Of a stretch of 64,000 nucleotides of DNA, positions 25,152-35,468 are shown piece after piece (position 1 is the first letter of the stretch; each line of letters starts with the position of its first letter). This stretch comes from a virus. Both the position numbers and the translations under genes were made by a program. The stretch lies in the IMG/VR virus record IMGVR_UViG_3300008255_000002. One strand, 5' to 3'. The notes below the pieces were generated by a model, which was not told where the DNA came from, ran no database searches, and saw only the letters and a program-made list of their open reading frames with translations.

Positions 25152-26785
25152 TTATTTACGAACAAGAAAAACAAGATGGGTTAGAGGGGTTGATAAGTAA
25201 TAATAGCGTTGCTTTTTGCACGCGATTAGAATGTAATAAAGCTGCATTAATTACTACAGACGACTTTAAAAAATTAGCAAGTGATAATTATCATAAATGC
25301 GCAAAATGTAATTCGGAAAAAATATGTAATGTTCGTTCGTTGCAAGGTAATACACAATGCGAAGAATGCGGTTTTGTGTGGACTGATCCTACATATAATT
25401 CAAAGGCATCTGAAATCAAAAAAGCAACAGGTAGTGAACATATCAATTTATATCCTGTTAAATCTATCTTAGTGTCGTCTTCTATAAATAAGAATGATGA
25501 TGTTTTTATGTCTGAAGATGTTTTTATCGCGCGAAATTCTGTTAAAGATCAACCATGTAACATTGAACATAATGAAAAACAAATTATTGGTCATACAACT
25601 GGTAGTTATGTTTTAGACGACCAATTTAATCCAATCCCAGATGATATAGATATAATAATCCTCCCTAAGAAAATCCATATTCTTGATACTTCTGTTATTT
25701 ATATGTTTTGGCAAGATAAAGAGTTTGAATCCCAAATCGCCAAAATGATTGAAGAAATTGAGCGCGGCGAATGGTATGTTTCGATGGAATGTTTACACGC
25801 TAATTTTGATTATATGTTAGTTGATGGCGAAGAAGAAGTAATTGTAAAACGAAATCAGGTTACATCCTTCCTAACTAAATATCTTCGTTATTATGGTGGT
25901 GAAGGAGTTTATCAAGGGAAAAAGATTTATAGAGTTGTAAGAGATTTTATGTTTTCTGGAAAAGGATATGTTTTACATCCTGCAAATCCAGAAAGTATTA
26001 TATTCAATAATGTAAGTGCAAATATAAACAATAACGTGTATTCAAATAATAAGAATACAAGTTCTATTTTATTGGAGAATTTGGATATGACTGATTTAGA
26101 AAAGAAAATTCAAGAACTAGAAACAAAACTCACTTCTGCTTTAAAAGAACGCGATGAAGCACAAAAACAATTGGCTGGTGTTTCTGTAGCCAAAGCAACC
26201 GAATTAGAAAGTAAATTAACTGTTGCAAATGAAAGTATTAGCAAACTCAATAAAGATATTGCGACCAAAGAAGAAACTATTGTTCAGCTTAACAAAGATA
26301 AATCTGTTATTGCTAAAGAACTAGAAACAGTTCAAAAAGAACTTAAAGATTTAATTATCGCTAAAGTTAAAGCTGATCGCGTTTCCAAGCTTGTTGCCGC
26401 TGGATATGAAGAAAGTATGGCTAATGGTTTAGTTGAACGTATGGTTGATGCTTCTGATGATGTTTTTGAAGCATTTGTACTTGTAGCCGAAGCAAAAAAA
26501 ATTGGTGCGCCGGGCAACAATACCTCTGAGATAAAAAAAAGTCCAATGCAAAGCGTAAAAGAATATGTAAAAGAGGAAATTGCTGGCAGAAAATCTAAAT
26601 CTGGGGAAGTTCAAGAAAATACAAAACAAGCTAAAGCTGCTGAAGAAGTATTAGAAGAACTTGAAAAAGAAAATCTAGATGATCCCACCGGATCTACACA
26701 AGAAACAAATCAATTAGAAGAATTTCGTTCGGCTATTGCTACCGATTTATTCTCTAAAGGCTTCCGCAAAAACAAAACTAAATAA
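25148..26785 (+). CDS. Prohead protease fused to a coiled-coil scaffold
   Basis: NKNDDVF...NIEHNEKQIIGH...VSMEC...FSGKGYVLHPANPES; C-terminal coiled coil; CxxC...CxxC insert near the N-terminus. Confidence 0.85.
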   Translation: MIIYEQEKQDGLEGLISNNSVAFCTRLECNKAALITTDDFKKLASDNYHKCAKCNSEKICNVRSLQGNTQCEECGFVWTDPTYNSKASEIKKATGSEHINLYPVKSILVSSSINKNDDVFMSEDVFIARNSVKDQPCNIEHNEKQIIGHTTGSYVLDDQFNPIPDDIDIIILPKKIHILDTSVIYMFWQDKEFESQIAKMIEEIERGEWYVSMECLHANFDYMLVDGEEEVIVKRNQVTSFLTKYLRYYGGEGVYQGKKIYRVVRDFMFSGKGYVLHPANPESIIFNNVSANINNNVYSNNKNTSSILLENLDMTDLEKKIQELETKLTSALKERDEAQKQLAGVSVAKATELESKLTVANESISKLNKDIATKEETIVQLNKDKSVIAKELETVQKELKDLIIAKVKADRVSKLVAAGYEESMANGLVERMVDASDDVFEAFVLVAEAKKIGAPGNNTSEIKKSPMQSVKEYVKEEIAGRKSKSGEVQENTKQAKAAEEVLEELEKENLDDPTGSTQETNQLEEFRSAIATDLFSKGFRKNKTK

Positions 26786-26799
26786 TTGGAGATATAAGA

Positions 26800-27255
26800 A
26801 TGGCACTTAAAGGTAATAGACAGATCAAATTGACTCGTGTTGATATTTATTGCGATCAGGTTATAGAAAAAGGTGGTGTGTTAGTTTTTAATACTGCCGG
26901 ATCAGGAAACACATTAGATCAGGCTCAAAATCTCGGTGAATATGCTGTTACAAGCTCTGGTAAACATGTAATTGGTTTTGCGCTAGATAATGTTGTTGAT
27001 ACTGATCTTACAAGATATAAACTTAATCAGCATAAAGATGAAATTTATAAAGGTGGCAAAGTAAGTGTTGCTACAGTCGGTTATGTTCTAACAAATATGT
27101 ATGTTGGTTCACCCGTTCTTGGTAAAGCTTATTTAAGTTCTTCTGGTAAACTCACACCAACATGGATTAACGATGCTGCTACTCCGTTAGTTGGTCGTTT
27201 TGAAGGTTCGCCAGACGAAGACGGTTACGTTAAGGTTAGTTTTAATCTTCCCTAA
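26800..27255 (+). CDS. Capsid decoration/cement protein
   Basis: 151 aa, between scaffold and MCP; ends DEDGYVKVSFNLP. Confidence 0.75.
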   Translation: MALKGNRQIKLTRVDIYCDQVIEKGGVLVFNTAGSGNTLDQAQNLGEYAVTSSGKHVIGFALDNVVDTDLTRYKLNQHKDEIYKGGKVSVATVGYVLTNMYVGSPVLGKAYLSSSGKLTPTWINDAATPLVGRFEGSPDEDGYVKVSFNLP

Positions 27256-27276
27256 TAATATTTGGAGTTAAATATA

Positions 27277-28290
27277 ATGTCAGATAAAGAAAAAGAGTTA
27301 ATTCAACGGTTAAAAATGTTGCTTGCAAAAGCTACAGATACAGTACAGGTAGAATCTTCAAAAGCTGCACGTATGGAATTTACACAAGCATTAGAACTAC
27401 CACTACGCCAAGGTGTTATGGATGGTAATAATATTGATGGTATATTTGAACGTGCTGAACTAGATCATGGTACTGTACTAGAATATCCTCTAGATTTTGT
27501 TATGCCCGGTACTGAAAAAGATTATCGCGCTTTTACAATTCCTCTACAGGGGCATATGCCAGAACTACATGTTAATGGTGACTATGTTACTATTCCAACA
27601 TATGAAATTGGTGCTACTATTGATATGCGTATGAAATACGCTCGTGATGCTGGTTGGTTCGTTGTAAATCGCGCTCTATCTGTTCTAGAGTCAATGATGA
27701 CCAAGAAAAGAAATGATGATGGATGGCACGTTCTGTTAATCGCTGGTGCAGATCGTAACATTCTAGTTACTGATAGCGTTGCTAATACTGGTCAATTCAC
27801 AAAAAGACTTGTTTCTCTTTGTAAAACTGTTATGCGTCGTAATGGTGGTGGTAATTCTACCAGTATTATGCGTGGTCGTTTAACAGATCTTTTCCTAAGC
27901 CCTGAATTAGTTGAAGGTATGCGGGACTGGGGAATAGATCAGGTTGATGAAGTTACTCGTAGAGAAATTTATACAGCTAGCGACGATTCTGATAAATTAA
28001 ATCGTGTATTTGGTATTAATCTTCATGATATGGATGAACTAGGTGAAGATCAAGAATATCAGAATTATTTCCTTAATGAAATTGGTACATCTATTAATGC
28101 TAATGATACAGAGCTATTAGTTGGTCTTGATTTATTCAATAATGATAGCTTTATTATGCCGGTTAAGACAGATGTTAAACTTCTAGAACGCGAAGACCTT
28201 TTAGACCAAAGACGAATTGGATGGATGAGTCTAGCAGAACTAGGGTTTGCTTCTCTTGATAATCGACGTGTATTGATTGCGTCTGCATAA
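27277..28290 (+). CDS. Major capsid protein
   Basis: Size and position; GGAG SD; followed by a hairpin at 28322-28342. Confidence 0.85.
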   Translation: MSDKEKELIQRLKMLLAKATDTVQVESSKAARMEFTQALELPLRQGVMDGNNIDGIFERAELDHGTVLEYPLDFVMPGTEKDYRAFTIPLQGHMPELHVNGDYVTIPTYEIGATIDMRMKYARDAGWFVVNRALSVLESMMTKKRNDDGWHVLLIAGADRNILVTDSVANTGQFTKRLVSLCKTVMRRNGGGNSTSIMRGRLTDLFLSPELVEGMRDWGIDQVDEVTRREIYTASDDSDKLNRVFGINLHDMDELGEDQEYQNYFLNEIGTSINANDTELLVGLDLFNNDSFIMPVKTDVKLLEREDLLDQRRIGWMSLAELGFASLDNRRVLIASA

Positions 28291-28385
28291 AATTATTTTA
28301 CTTTATTTTAAATATACATAAAAGCCGGATATATCCCGGCTTAGTGTATTTATATGTAAGGTGTTTTTTATCTAGAGGTCTTGTT

Positions 28386-30653
28386 ATGTCTACAAATATA
28401 TTATATGATAATTTTAATGCTGCTGATGGAACCGCTATTATTGGTAGAACACCAACTAGCGGCACTGGAAATTGGACAAAGCATGGTGCAGCGCTTTATA
28501 GTGCTGGAATAGCAGAGATACACAATAATCAATATAGACGTGTTCCACCAATAGGTGTTTTTGCGGCATATTTAAATCAAAATACTTATTCTACAAATCC
28601 ATATCGCGAAATTACTACTAAAGCAACGCTACTTTCTAATGATGCTGCTTTCACTAATACCGATGGGATATTATTTTTTGGTAGCACTACAGCAGATACA
28701 TATATTGGTGTGCGTTATGATGGAGATGAATGGATTTTACATGCTGCTACTAATGGGGTGGGGGCTGGTACAGGATCACCTATTGCGATTCGTAGATATG
28801 CAATGCCAATTGAAACAGGGATTGCTTATGATTTAACATTAAAACTTGGACCTTATAATCAACAAGTCTTTGTCAATGGTGAACGTGTTATTGAACTTTC
28901 GTCATCAACTTATGAATCTTATGGATATCCTGCAATTCGCGCTGCTGGTGCGAGTGGATTAACTGTTAATGAAGGTTGGAGATTTGATGATTTTGCCGTT
29001 AATGATTGGACTCCAACACGAACAATCCCATATTATGATTTATATACAACTACAGGTAATACTCCTTTAAATTCGCTTTATGGTGCTATTCGTATCCCAA
29101 GTATAACTACAACACAAGATAAAAAGCTTTTGTTATTTGCGGAAGGTCGTGTTTTAGGGAATGATGATAATAGCGCAGCTGATGTATTATGTTGGAAAAT
29201 AGATCCATTAAATCTTCCCACTATTCCAGAGCCTACTTATATAACTGGATTACCTAGAGCTAGTGGTGGATGGACAGTACACAACCCAACATCAGTAACC
29301 CTAAATACTGGTCGTATATTACTATTAACAAGTTATCGCCCATTAGGTTTATCTACTGTAAACATTCCAACAGGTTTAACTCCTGGTCAAACCACTATTA
29401 TTAATTTATCTTATAGTGATGATAATGGTGATACATGGAATGGTCCACTTGATATTACTCAATCTGTTAAAAATTATGATGTTTGGGGACATTTAGCCGC
29501 TGGTCCTGGCGCAGCAATTCAAACAACTAGCGGGAGAATTATTTGTCCTATGTGGTTCAGGTTGCCGGGATCAGCACCGAATGTTGGGTATGGATCTTTT
29601 GCAGCATATACAGATGATCCTACTGGTTTATCTGGGTGGACAATTGGAGCAAGCACTCCTATTAGTGGGGTAAACGAGACAGGTTTTGTAGAATTACCCA
29701 ACAATGAAATTATGGCAACAATGAGGGTTGCTAATTATACAGGAAAACTTTATTACGCTCTATCTAATGATAATTGTAATAGTTGGTATACAAGTGGAAC
29801 AAAAGATATTGATTATCCGGGCATTCAAACCGGAGCATGTAAATATCATAACTATACTATCGTAACTCACCCAAACAATGCAGCTATTCGTTTAAACATT
29901 ACAATACGAGAAAGCTCTGATAATGCCGTAACATGGAATAATGTGTTTGATCCTCCACAAAATTTCCCGTTAGGTAGCCGTCTGCATAATGGTGGTGGTA
30001 GCTATTCTGTGCCGATTGGAGATCCCTATAATGGTGGTATTTATACATTATTTGAAAGAGGGGCTGATAGTACTAATTATTACGATAAATTAACATTGAC
30101 CTTTACATCAAATGAATGGTTAGACATAAACCCAATAATAATTCCAACTAATGTTGAAATTCCAAAGACAGATAATAATATTAATATGCCGGAAAGAAGT
30201 CCGATATCTTCTTATTCTTTCTCTGGTCCTAGCAATGGTTATTATCCTTATAAATCTGATATATTTAATATTCAATTAGGTCCAGGATATGTTAATTCTG
30301 TTATTAAGTTTACTCCTAGTGTTACTGGTGTAACAGGAACATTTAATCCTACATCAATAGAACTAACAAATTCAAAAAGAGAAGGATTTTTTACTTTTAC
30401 TCCAGGAAATAGTGGAATTCATTATATTAATATAATAACAAATTCTTCTGGTTTAGCTGTAAGCGATATTAGATATGCAACATCTGGTTATACAGATAAT
30501 AGACAAACAGTAAGAACAATAAACCCAAATTATAGTCATATTAATGGATCTACAATTATAGTAATTGGAAATATTGTTTATAGAAATGATGGATATCAAT
30601 TTGATACAGATTTAGCAGATAAAAATTTAAGTAAAAAAATGTTGGGGTATTAA
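28386..30653 (+). CDS. Exo-alpha-sialidase (GH33-like) with an N-terminal lectin-like beta domain, probably virion-associated
   Basis: RIP motif, FAEGR, Asp-boxes SDDNGDTW, SNDNCNSW and SSDNAVTW, AAGPG, NETGFVEL, MR, SYS, LFER. Confidence 0.85.
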   Translation: MSTNILYDNFNAADGTAIIGRTPTSGTGNWTKHGAALYSAGIAEIHNNQYRRVPPIGVFAAYLNQNTYSTNPYREITTKATLLSNDAAFTNTDGILFFGSTTADTYIGVRYDGDEWILHAATNGVGAGTGSPIAIRRYAMPIETGIAYDLTLKLGPYNQQVFVNGERVIELSSSTYESYGYPAIRAAGASGLTVNEGWRFDDFAVNDWTPTRTIPYYDLYTTTGNTPLNSLYGAIRIPSITTTQDKKLLLFAEGRVLGNDDNSAADVLCWKIDPLNLPTIPEPTYITGLPRASGGWTVHNPTSVTLNTGRILLLTSYRPLGLSTVNIPTGLTPGQTTIINLSYSDDNGDTWNGPLDITQSVKNYDVWGHLAAGPGAAIQTTSGRIICPMWFRLPGSAPNVGYGSFAAYTDDPTGLSGWTIGASTPISGVNETGFVELPNNEIMATMRVANYTGKLYYALSNDNCNSWYTSGTKDIDYPGIQTGACKYHNYTIVTHPNNAAIRLNITIRESSDNAVTWNNVFDPPQNFPLGSRLHNGGGSYSVPIGDPYNGGIYTLFERGADSTNYYDKLTLTFTSNEWLDINPIIIPTNVEIPKTDNNINMPERSPISSYSFSGPSNGYYPYKSDIFNIQLGPGYVNSVIKFTPSVTGVTGTFNPTSIELTNSKREGFFTFTPGNSGIHYINIITNSSGLAVSDIRYATSGYTDNRQTVRTINPNYSHINGSTIIVIGNIVYRNDGYQFDTDLADKNLSKKMLGY

Positions 30654-30655
30654 TT

Positions 30656-31117
30656 ATGCCCTGGGAAACCGATGCTGTAATTATAATTAGAAATATGATT
30701 AATGATATAGATTCATCTAATTACACAGACGACCGTATCAAAGAACTATTTCTGGTTTCTTCATATTTTGTACAAATGGATATTGGTTTTTCAACTGGTT
30801 TTGTTGTTGATTTATCATTATTAACAATAGATCCAGATCCAACATCAATAGGAGATTCTTCCTTTTTAAATTTAACTTGTCTTTGGGCGGCTCACCAATT
30901 CTCCCTAAATGAAGCAAAATTAGCGGCTGGTCAATCAATCGATATTAGAGACGGAACAAGTATGGTTGGATTAAGGGGTTTAGGTAAAGCTAAAACAGAT
31001 ATAGCACTAAGATATTATAATTTATATAATGATATGAAGCGTCAATATATGTGTGGTGTGCGATGTGTTGGCGAAGTAATTGTTACTGCATTTAGAACAT
31101 ATGAAACAATAAGGTAA
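30656..31117 (+). CDS. Head-tail adaptor protein
   Basis: IIRNMINDID...YTDDRIKEL; size and position. Confidence 0.65.
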   Translation: MPWETDAVIIIRNMINDIDSSNYTDDRIKELFLVSSYFVQMDIGFSTGFVVDLSLLTIDPDPTSIGDSSFLNLTCLWAAHQFSLNEAKLAAGQSIDIRDGTSMVGLRGLGKAKTDIALRYYNLYNDMKRQYMCGVRCVGEVIVTAFRTYETIR

Positions 31118-31119
31118 TT

Positions 31120-32238
31120 ATGAGTCTTAACGATATACAAAAAATAGATCAAACCAAAAATATCAACAATGGAACCATAGTTGTAGTATCTCCGTTATCT
31201 TTTTTATATAACAATGATGTAACTATTAGCGGTGATTTACCAACAAAAACATATAATTCTTTTTTTAATATTATTCCGGCTTATAGATTAGGTTTTGGTG
31301 AACATAGTAGTGAAACAGTTTTATATGGGGGTGGTTTTTACAGAATTATTTCTGGTGTTAGTGGTGGTGGTGGTGGTGAGGTAGTTAGTTTTTTAAGTGG
31401 ATTAACAGATGTTTCTATTACATCTCCAATAAATAAACAATTATTACAGTATAATGGATCAGAATGGATAAATTATAATAGTAATTTTATTGTTCAAAAT
31501 CCAGGAGCAACAGATAATATAATTAGTCCAACAGGAAATTTTACACCAATAGTTATTAGTGGTCATTCATCACAAACACAACCATTAACAAAATGGATAA
31601 CTTCAAGTGGAACTACGGCTGGGTTATTATCTAATGTTGGTGGTCTTGTTTCTCATATGATTTATACTCAATATATAGAACCAAAACAAATTTATCTATT
31701 TTCTGATGTAAATCAAATCCCCGTTGATATATTTTCTATCTCGCCAAATGATACAGATATATTAAGAGGTAGAAGATACGATAGTACAAATATTAATTAT
31801 TTTGCGTTTAATGTTAGTGGTAATTTATCTCTTGGGGCGACATCAACATATAATAAACTACATATAGTTCCTGCAAAAACACAAAATGCAATAGTAGTAA
31901 GCGGAACACCAAATTATGAATCGTCTTTTATTAAAATAGTTGATAATACAAATAATAATATCTTTCATATTAGTGCTAGTGGCACATTACAAGTGTCCGC
32001 AAAATCACAAACAGCAGACAGCACAATCTCCCTAAGCAAACTTTCACCGAGCTATCAGTTTATCAATCCTAATAATGTTGATAGGGATGTAAATTTACCA
32101 ACTGTCGTTTCTGGTGATATTGGTTTATTTTATACAATTCAAAACAGTGCTCCAAGTGGCGTTAACACATTAACAGTTAAGAATGCTGGAGGAACTTCAA
32201 CGTGTGCGCTGGTATTTATCATTAAAATGGGAGATTAA
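31120..32238 (+). CDS. Fibre-like structural protein
   Basis: GGGGG linker, LSGLTDVSITSP...LLQYNGSEWIN fibre motif, repeated SG motifs. Confidence 0.6.
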   Translation: MSLNDIQKIDQTKNINNGTIVVVSPLSFLYNNDVTISGDLPTKTYNSFFNIIPAYRLGFGEHSSETVLYGGGFYRIISGVSGGGGGEVVSFLSGLTDVSITSPINKQLLQYNGSEWINYNSNFIVQNPGATDNIISPTGNFTPIVISGHSSQTQPLTKWITSSGTTAGLLSNVGGLVSHMIYTQYIEPKQIYLFSDVNQIPVDIFSISPNDTDILRGRRYDSTNINYFAFNVSGNLSLGATSTYNKLHIVPAKTQNAIVVSGTPNYESSFIKIVDNTNNNIFHISASGTLQVSAKSQTADSTISLSKLSPSYQFINPNNVDRDVNLPTVVSGDIGLFYTIQNSAPSGVNTLTVKNAGGTSTCALVFIIKMGD

Positions 32239-32244
32239 TATCTA

Positions 32245-32757
32245 ATGGGTAGAATTTTTACATTAACAGATGATATTAAACGTATTGCTACGGATGCATT
32301 TGATGATTTATTAGATACACTTGGTAGACAGTGCCGTTTATATTATCCTCCTAAATCCATTAGATGCGAAAATTGTTCATTATCATTGGTTGGCGGAAAA
32401 CCATCAAACAAGTATTTACATGGTGGACCGCAACCATTCCCGTTAGGATCTTTATGTCCCGCGTGCGGCGGAAATAATATTATTATGACTGAGGTTTATA
32501 CAGATATAAATTTACTAATTACAGAAGATATAGCAAAATATAAAAAATTAGAAAATATTAATATCCCAAATGGATCTATTCGTACAAAAGGATATGTAAA
32601 CGATATGCAAAAAGTTATGCAATGTGATTATATGATTAAAGATCATGAACAACAAGGCATACTGTATCAAAAATATCGTTTGTATGGAGAAATATTAATG
32701 CCCGGAAATATTATTAAAAATAGATATTTTGTTTGTTATTGGGAGAGATTTCAATAA
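32245..32757 (+). CDS. Head closure/neck protein with Zn-finger insert
   Basis: CENC...CPACGG; position. Confidence 0.6.
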   Translation: MGRIFTLTDDIKRIATDAFDDLLDTLGRQCRLYYPPKSIRCENCSLSLVGGKPSNKYLHGGPQPFPLGSLCPACGGNNIIMTEVYTDINLLITEDIAKYKKLENINIPNGSIRTKGYVNDMQKVMQCDYMIKDHEQQGILYQKYRLYGEILMPGNIIKNRYFVCYWERFQ

Positions 32758-33416
32758 TGCAAATTAAAGTAAAATTCAATGAAACAGAAATTACTTTACG
32801 GAGGAAGATCATCGATGAGTTCACTAAACAATTCAATAGTAGAGCAATGTCTAGGATACACACTCTTAGGAATTCTATTGCTTTATTATTCAGCGAAACT
32901 GTTTGTTCATCTGCAACAGTTCTATCATTATCAAGTGGTTATTTAAAAGGTCACTTTGGTTTGATATCAGGCGAAACAAAAATAACACAATTAAAAGAAG
33001 CATTATATAATTCCGTAAAAGTTGATTTTCAACCATTGAAATCAAATATAAATAATATTAGTGGAGGATTGACTATTACGGCATTACAAGATGGATATCC
33101 AGAATTAACAGAAAATTCAGATTTTTATTATCTTTCTGGAGAAAAACAATATAAAATTGAATGGTTAAAATGGTTGTTGTTAGAGGGTTCTAATGTAATT
33201 ATTTCTGATTATTCAATTCGTTTTAAAGGTTCGTCAAATAAGGCTATTTTTAATGATAGTCGTTCTGGATTTGCAATTATGGTAAAGGGCGGAACATGGA
33301 GAGTTCCAACTACTTATTCAGGTACAGAATCAAATAATTTTATTACAAGGTCTTTAAATTCTTCGTTTTATAGCAAATTAACAAAGATTATAAAAAATGA
33401 GCTATCTAACCTTTAA
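32757..33416 (+). CDS. Neck/tail-completion protein
   Basis: WLKWLLLEG, SRSG.AIM, WRVP..YSGT..NNFITR; position. Confidence 0.55.
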   Translation: MQIKVKFNETEITLRRKIIDEFTKQFNSRAMSRIHTLRNSIALLFSETVCSSATVLSLSSGYLKGHFGLISGETKITQLKEALYNSVKVDFQPLKSNINNISGGLTITALQDGYPELTENSDFYYLSGEKQYKIEWLKWLLLEGSNVIISDYSIRFKGSSNKAIFNDSRSGFAIMVKGGTWRVPTTYSGTESNNFITRSLNSSFYSKLTKIIKNELSNL

Positions 33417-34356
33417 AAATGTAACAGATATTGGTCAATTACAATCAACAAATCAGTTGGTAGTTAATCTATCTTTATGGTTTGATTGGGCGTTTTTATC
33501 TATAGGAAGTTTTTATAATGTAAATAGAAATATTTCTGGTGTCTATGGTGGTAGCCCATCTTATCTAAGAAGTGTATCCGACCCAAATTATATAAATGGA
33601 TGTGTTTGGGAATCCGCTCGATCAAATTGGGTTTACGAAACAGGTATAACATATCAATATAATAATATTAATTATTCTGGAATTTATATAAATAATAATT
33701 TTTATGAATATAGTACAACTGGAGTTTATTCGCACGCAGTAGATTTCCCTAAAGGACGTGTTATTTTTGATAATCCTATCAGTGTAACGGGAAATATTAT
33801 AGAATGCGAATACTCTTTTAAATATATTAATGTATTAGATTCAAATAATCAGGTGGCAAAAACACTTATGTTTGATTCTATGAGATTTGATAGTCCACAA
33901 TTTAATCAAATTGGATCTGGTATATGGAATAAATTATCTCAATCAAGAGTTCAGTTGCCAGCAATTATTATAGACCCAACATCTCGTATTAGGCACACTC
34001 CTTATGAGTTAGGCGGGGGTGTTTGGAGATATCAAGATATTTTACTTCATGTTATAGCAGAAACCCCTTATGAATGTAATAATATTACTGATATACTCCT
34101 TAACCAAAAAGACAAGACAATATTTTTATTTGATGTTGATCGTGTTGATGAATCTGGTTTAATGCCATTGGATTATCGTGGTGATAGGGCGACAAACGGA
34201 TTAATGTATCCAGATTTAGTTAAAGAAGAAAACGGGTATAGATTAAGGAGATGTTTGATAGATAACTCTGTTTCTGATTCTTATCCTGATTTATATAATG
34301 GTTTATATAGGTCTGTTGTACAATGGACGTGTAAAATAAATGTCCCAAGTGTATAA
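33397..34356 (+). CDS. Tail terminator-like protein
   Basis: VQLPAIII...PYELGG...DILLHVIAET; immediately upstream of the tail tube. Confidence 0.6.
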   Translation: MSYLTFKNVTDIGQLQSTNQLVVNLSLWFDWAFLSIGSFYNVNRNISGVYGGSPSYLRSVSDPNYINGCVWESARSNWVYETGITYQYNNINYSGIYINNNFYEYSTTGVYSHAVDFPKGRVIFDNPISVTGNIIECEYSFKYINVLDSNNQVAKTLMFDSMRFDSPQFNQIGSGIWNKLSQSRVQLPAIIIDPTSRIRHTPYELGGGVWRYQDILLHVIAETPYECNNITDILLNQKDKTIFLFDVDRVDESGLMPLDYRGDRATNGLMYPDLVKEENGYRLRRCLIDNSVSDSYPDLYNGLYRSVVQWTCKINVPSV

Positions 34357-34389
34357 ATTATAAAGGTTTTATTTTTTTGGAGCAAATAA

Positions 34390-35463
34390 ATGAGTACAAA
34401 TGCAAGATTATATTATGCTGTTGTTCAAATGGGTGTTGCTAATCCTGGAAGCAATGTCTTTAGAGAGGTCCACGGTTTACAATCTGTTGGACTAACAACT
34501 AACTTTACACTAGATCAAATTTTTGAAATTGGTCAAATTGAAATTTATGAAAATAAAGAAGGTTCTCCAGAAATTCAGTTAACCGCGCAAAAAGTATTAG
34601 ATGGATATCCCCTAATTTACCACTTAGCTACTCAACAGGCTGGAAACCCATCTTTAGCCGGTCGTTCGCGTGCAACTTGTATTTTGGGTCTATCAACCTT
34701 CGATGATACAAAAGAATCCGCTTCAGGAAATCCATTAGCTGAAGTTATTATGTCTGGTATGTATGTTAACTCGCTTTCTTATACATTTAATGTTGATGGT
34801 TCTTTCACTGAAGATTTAACATTTCAGGGACAAAGTAAGATATGGAAAACTAGTAATTATGTTCTAACTGGTGTTTTCCAAAATAATGATTCTCCATATG
34901 CTATTACTGGTTCTGGCGGTATAAATCAAAGACAAAACTTTGTATGGGCTGATTCTACTAATGGTGGAACAACCCGCGATGCTAATAGTATGGTTGGAAC
35001 AGTTGTAGCTAGTGTTATTCCTCCAGATATTGATGGTATTACCTCTTCTGGAACTAATCCTTTACAGGTTGATGGTTCTCGTAGTGCTCACGTACAATCA
35101 ATTTCTGTATCTACAGATTTAAATCGTAAAGAACTATTTGAATTAGGTCGTAAAACACCATATTTCCGATCACCACAATTCCCCGTTCCTGTAAACTGCT
35201 CGATTACAACTCTTATGAAAGAAATGGATAATGTTGATGCTTTTGAAAATGTTGATAATCTAACAAACAGAACCATTAAAATTAAATCACAAGAAGGTAC
35301 ATTTATTAATCTTGGTACTAAAAATAAACTACAATCTGTTGATGTTGGTGGTGGTGATACAGGTGGTGGAGAATTTACACTGACATATAACTATGTAACT
35401 CAAAACACATTACTTGTTATTCACCCTCAAGATCCTGTTACTGCTTTTAGAACACCACAATAA
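34390..35463 (+). CDS. Major tail tube protein
   Basis: HGLQSVGLTTNF...IFEIG repeated as HVQSISVSTDL...LFELG; has its own GTGTAT motif and GGAG SD. Confidence 0.75.
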   Translation: MSTNARLYYAVVQMGVANPGSNVFREVHGLQSVGLTTNFTLDQIFEIGQIEIYENKEGSPEIQLTAQKVLDGYPLIYHLATQQAGNPSLAGRSRATCILGLSTFDDTKESASGNPLAEVIMSGMYVNSLSYTFNVDGSFTEDLTFQGQSKIWKTSNYVLTGVFQNNDSPYAITGSGGINQRQNFVWADSTNGGTTRDANSMVGTVVASVIPPDIDGITSSGTNPLQVDGSRSAHVQSISVSTDLNRKELFELGRKTPYFRSPQFPVPVNCSITTLMKEMDNVDAFENVDNLTNRTIKIKSQEGTFINLGTKNKLQSVDVGGGDTGGGEFTLTYNYVTQNTLLVIHPQDPVTAFRTPQ

Positions 35464-35468
35464 TAATT

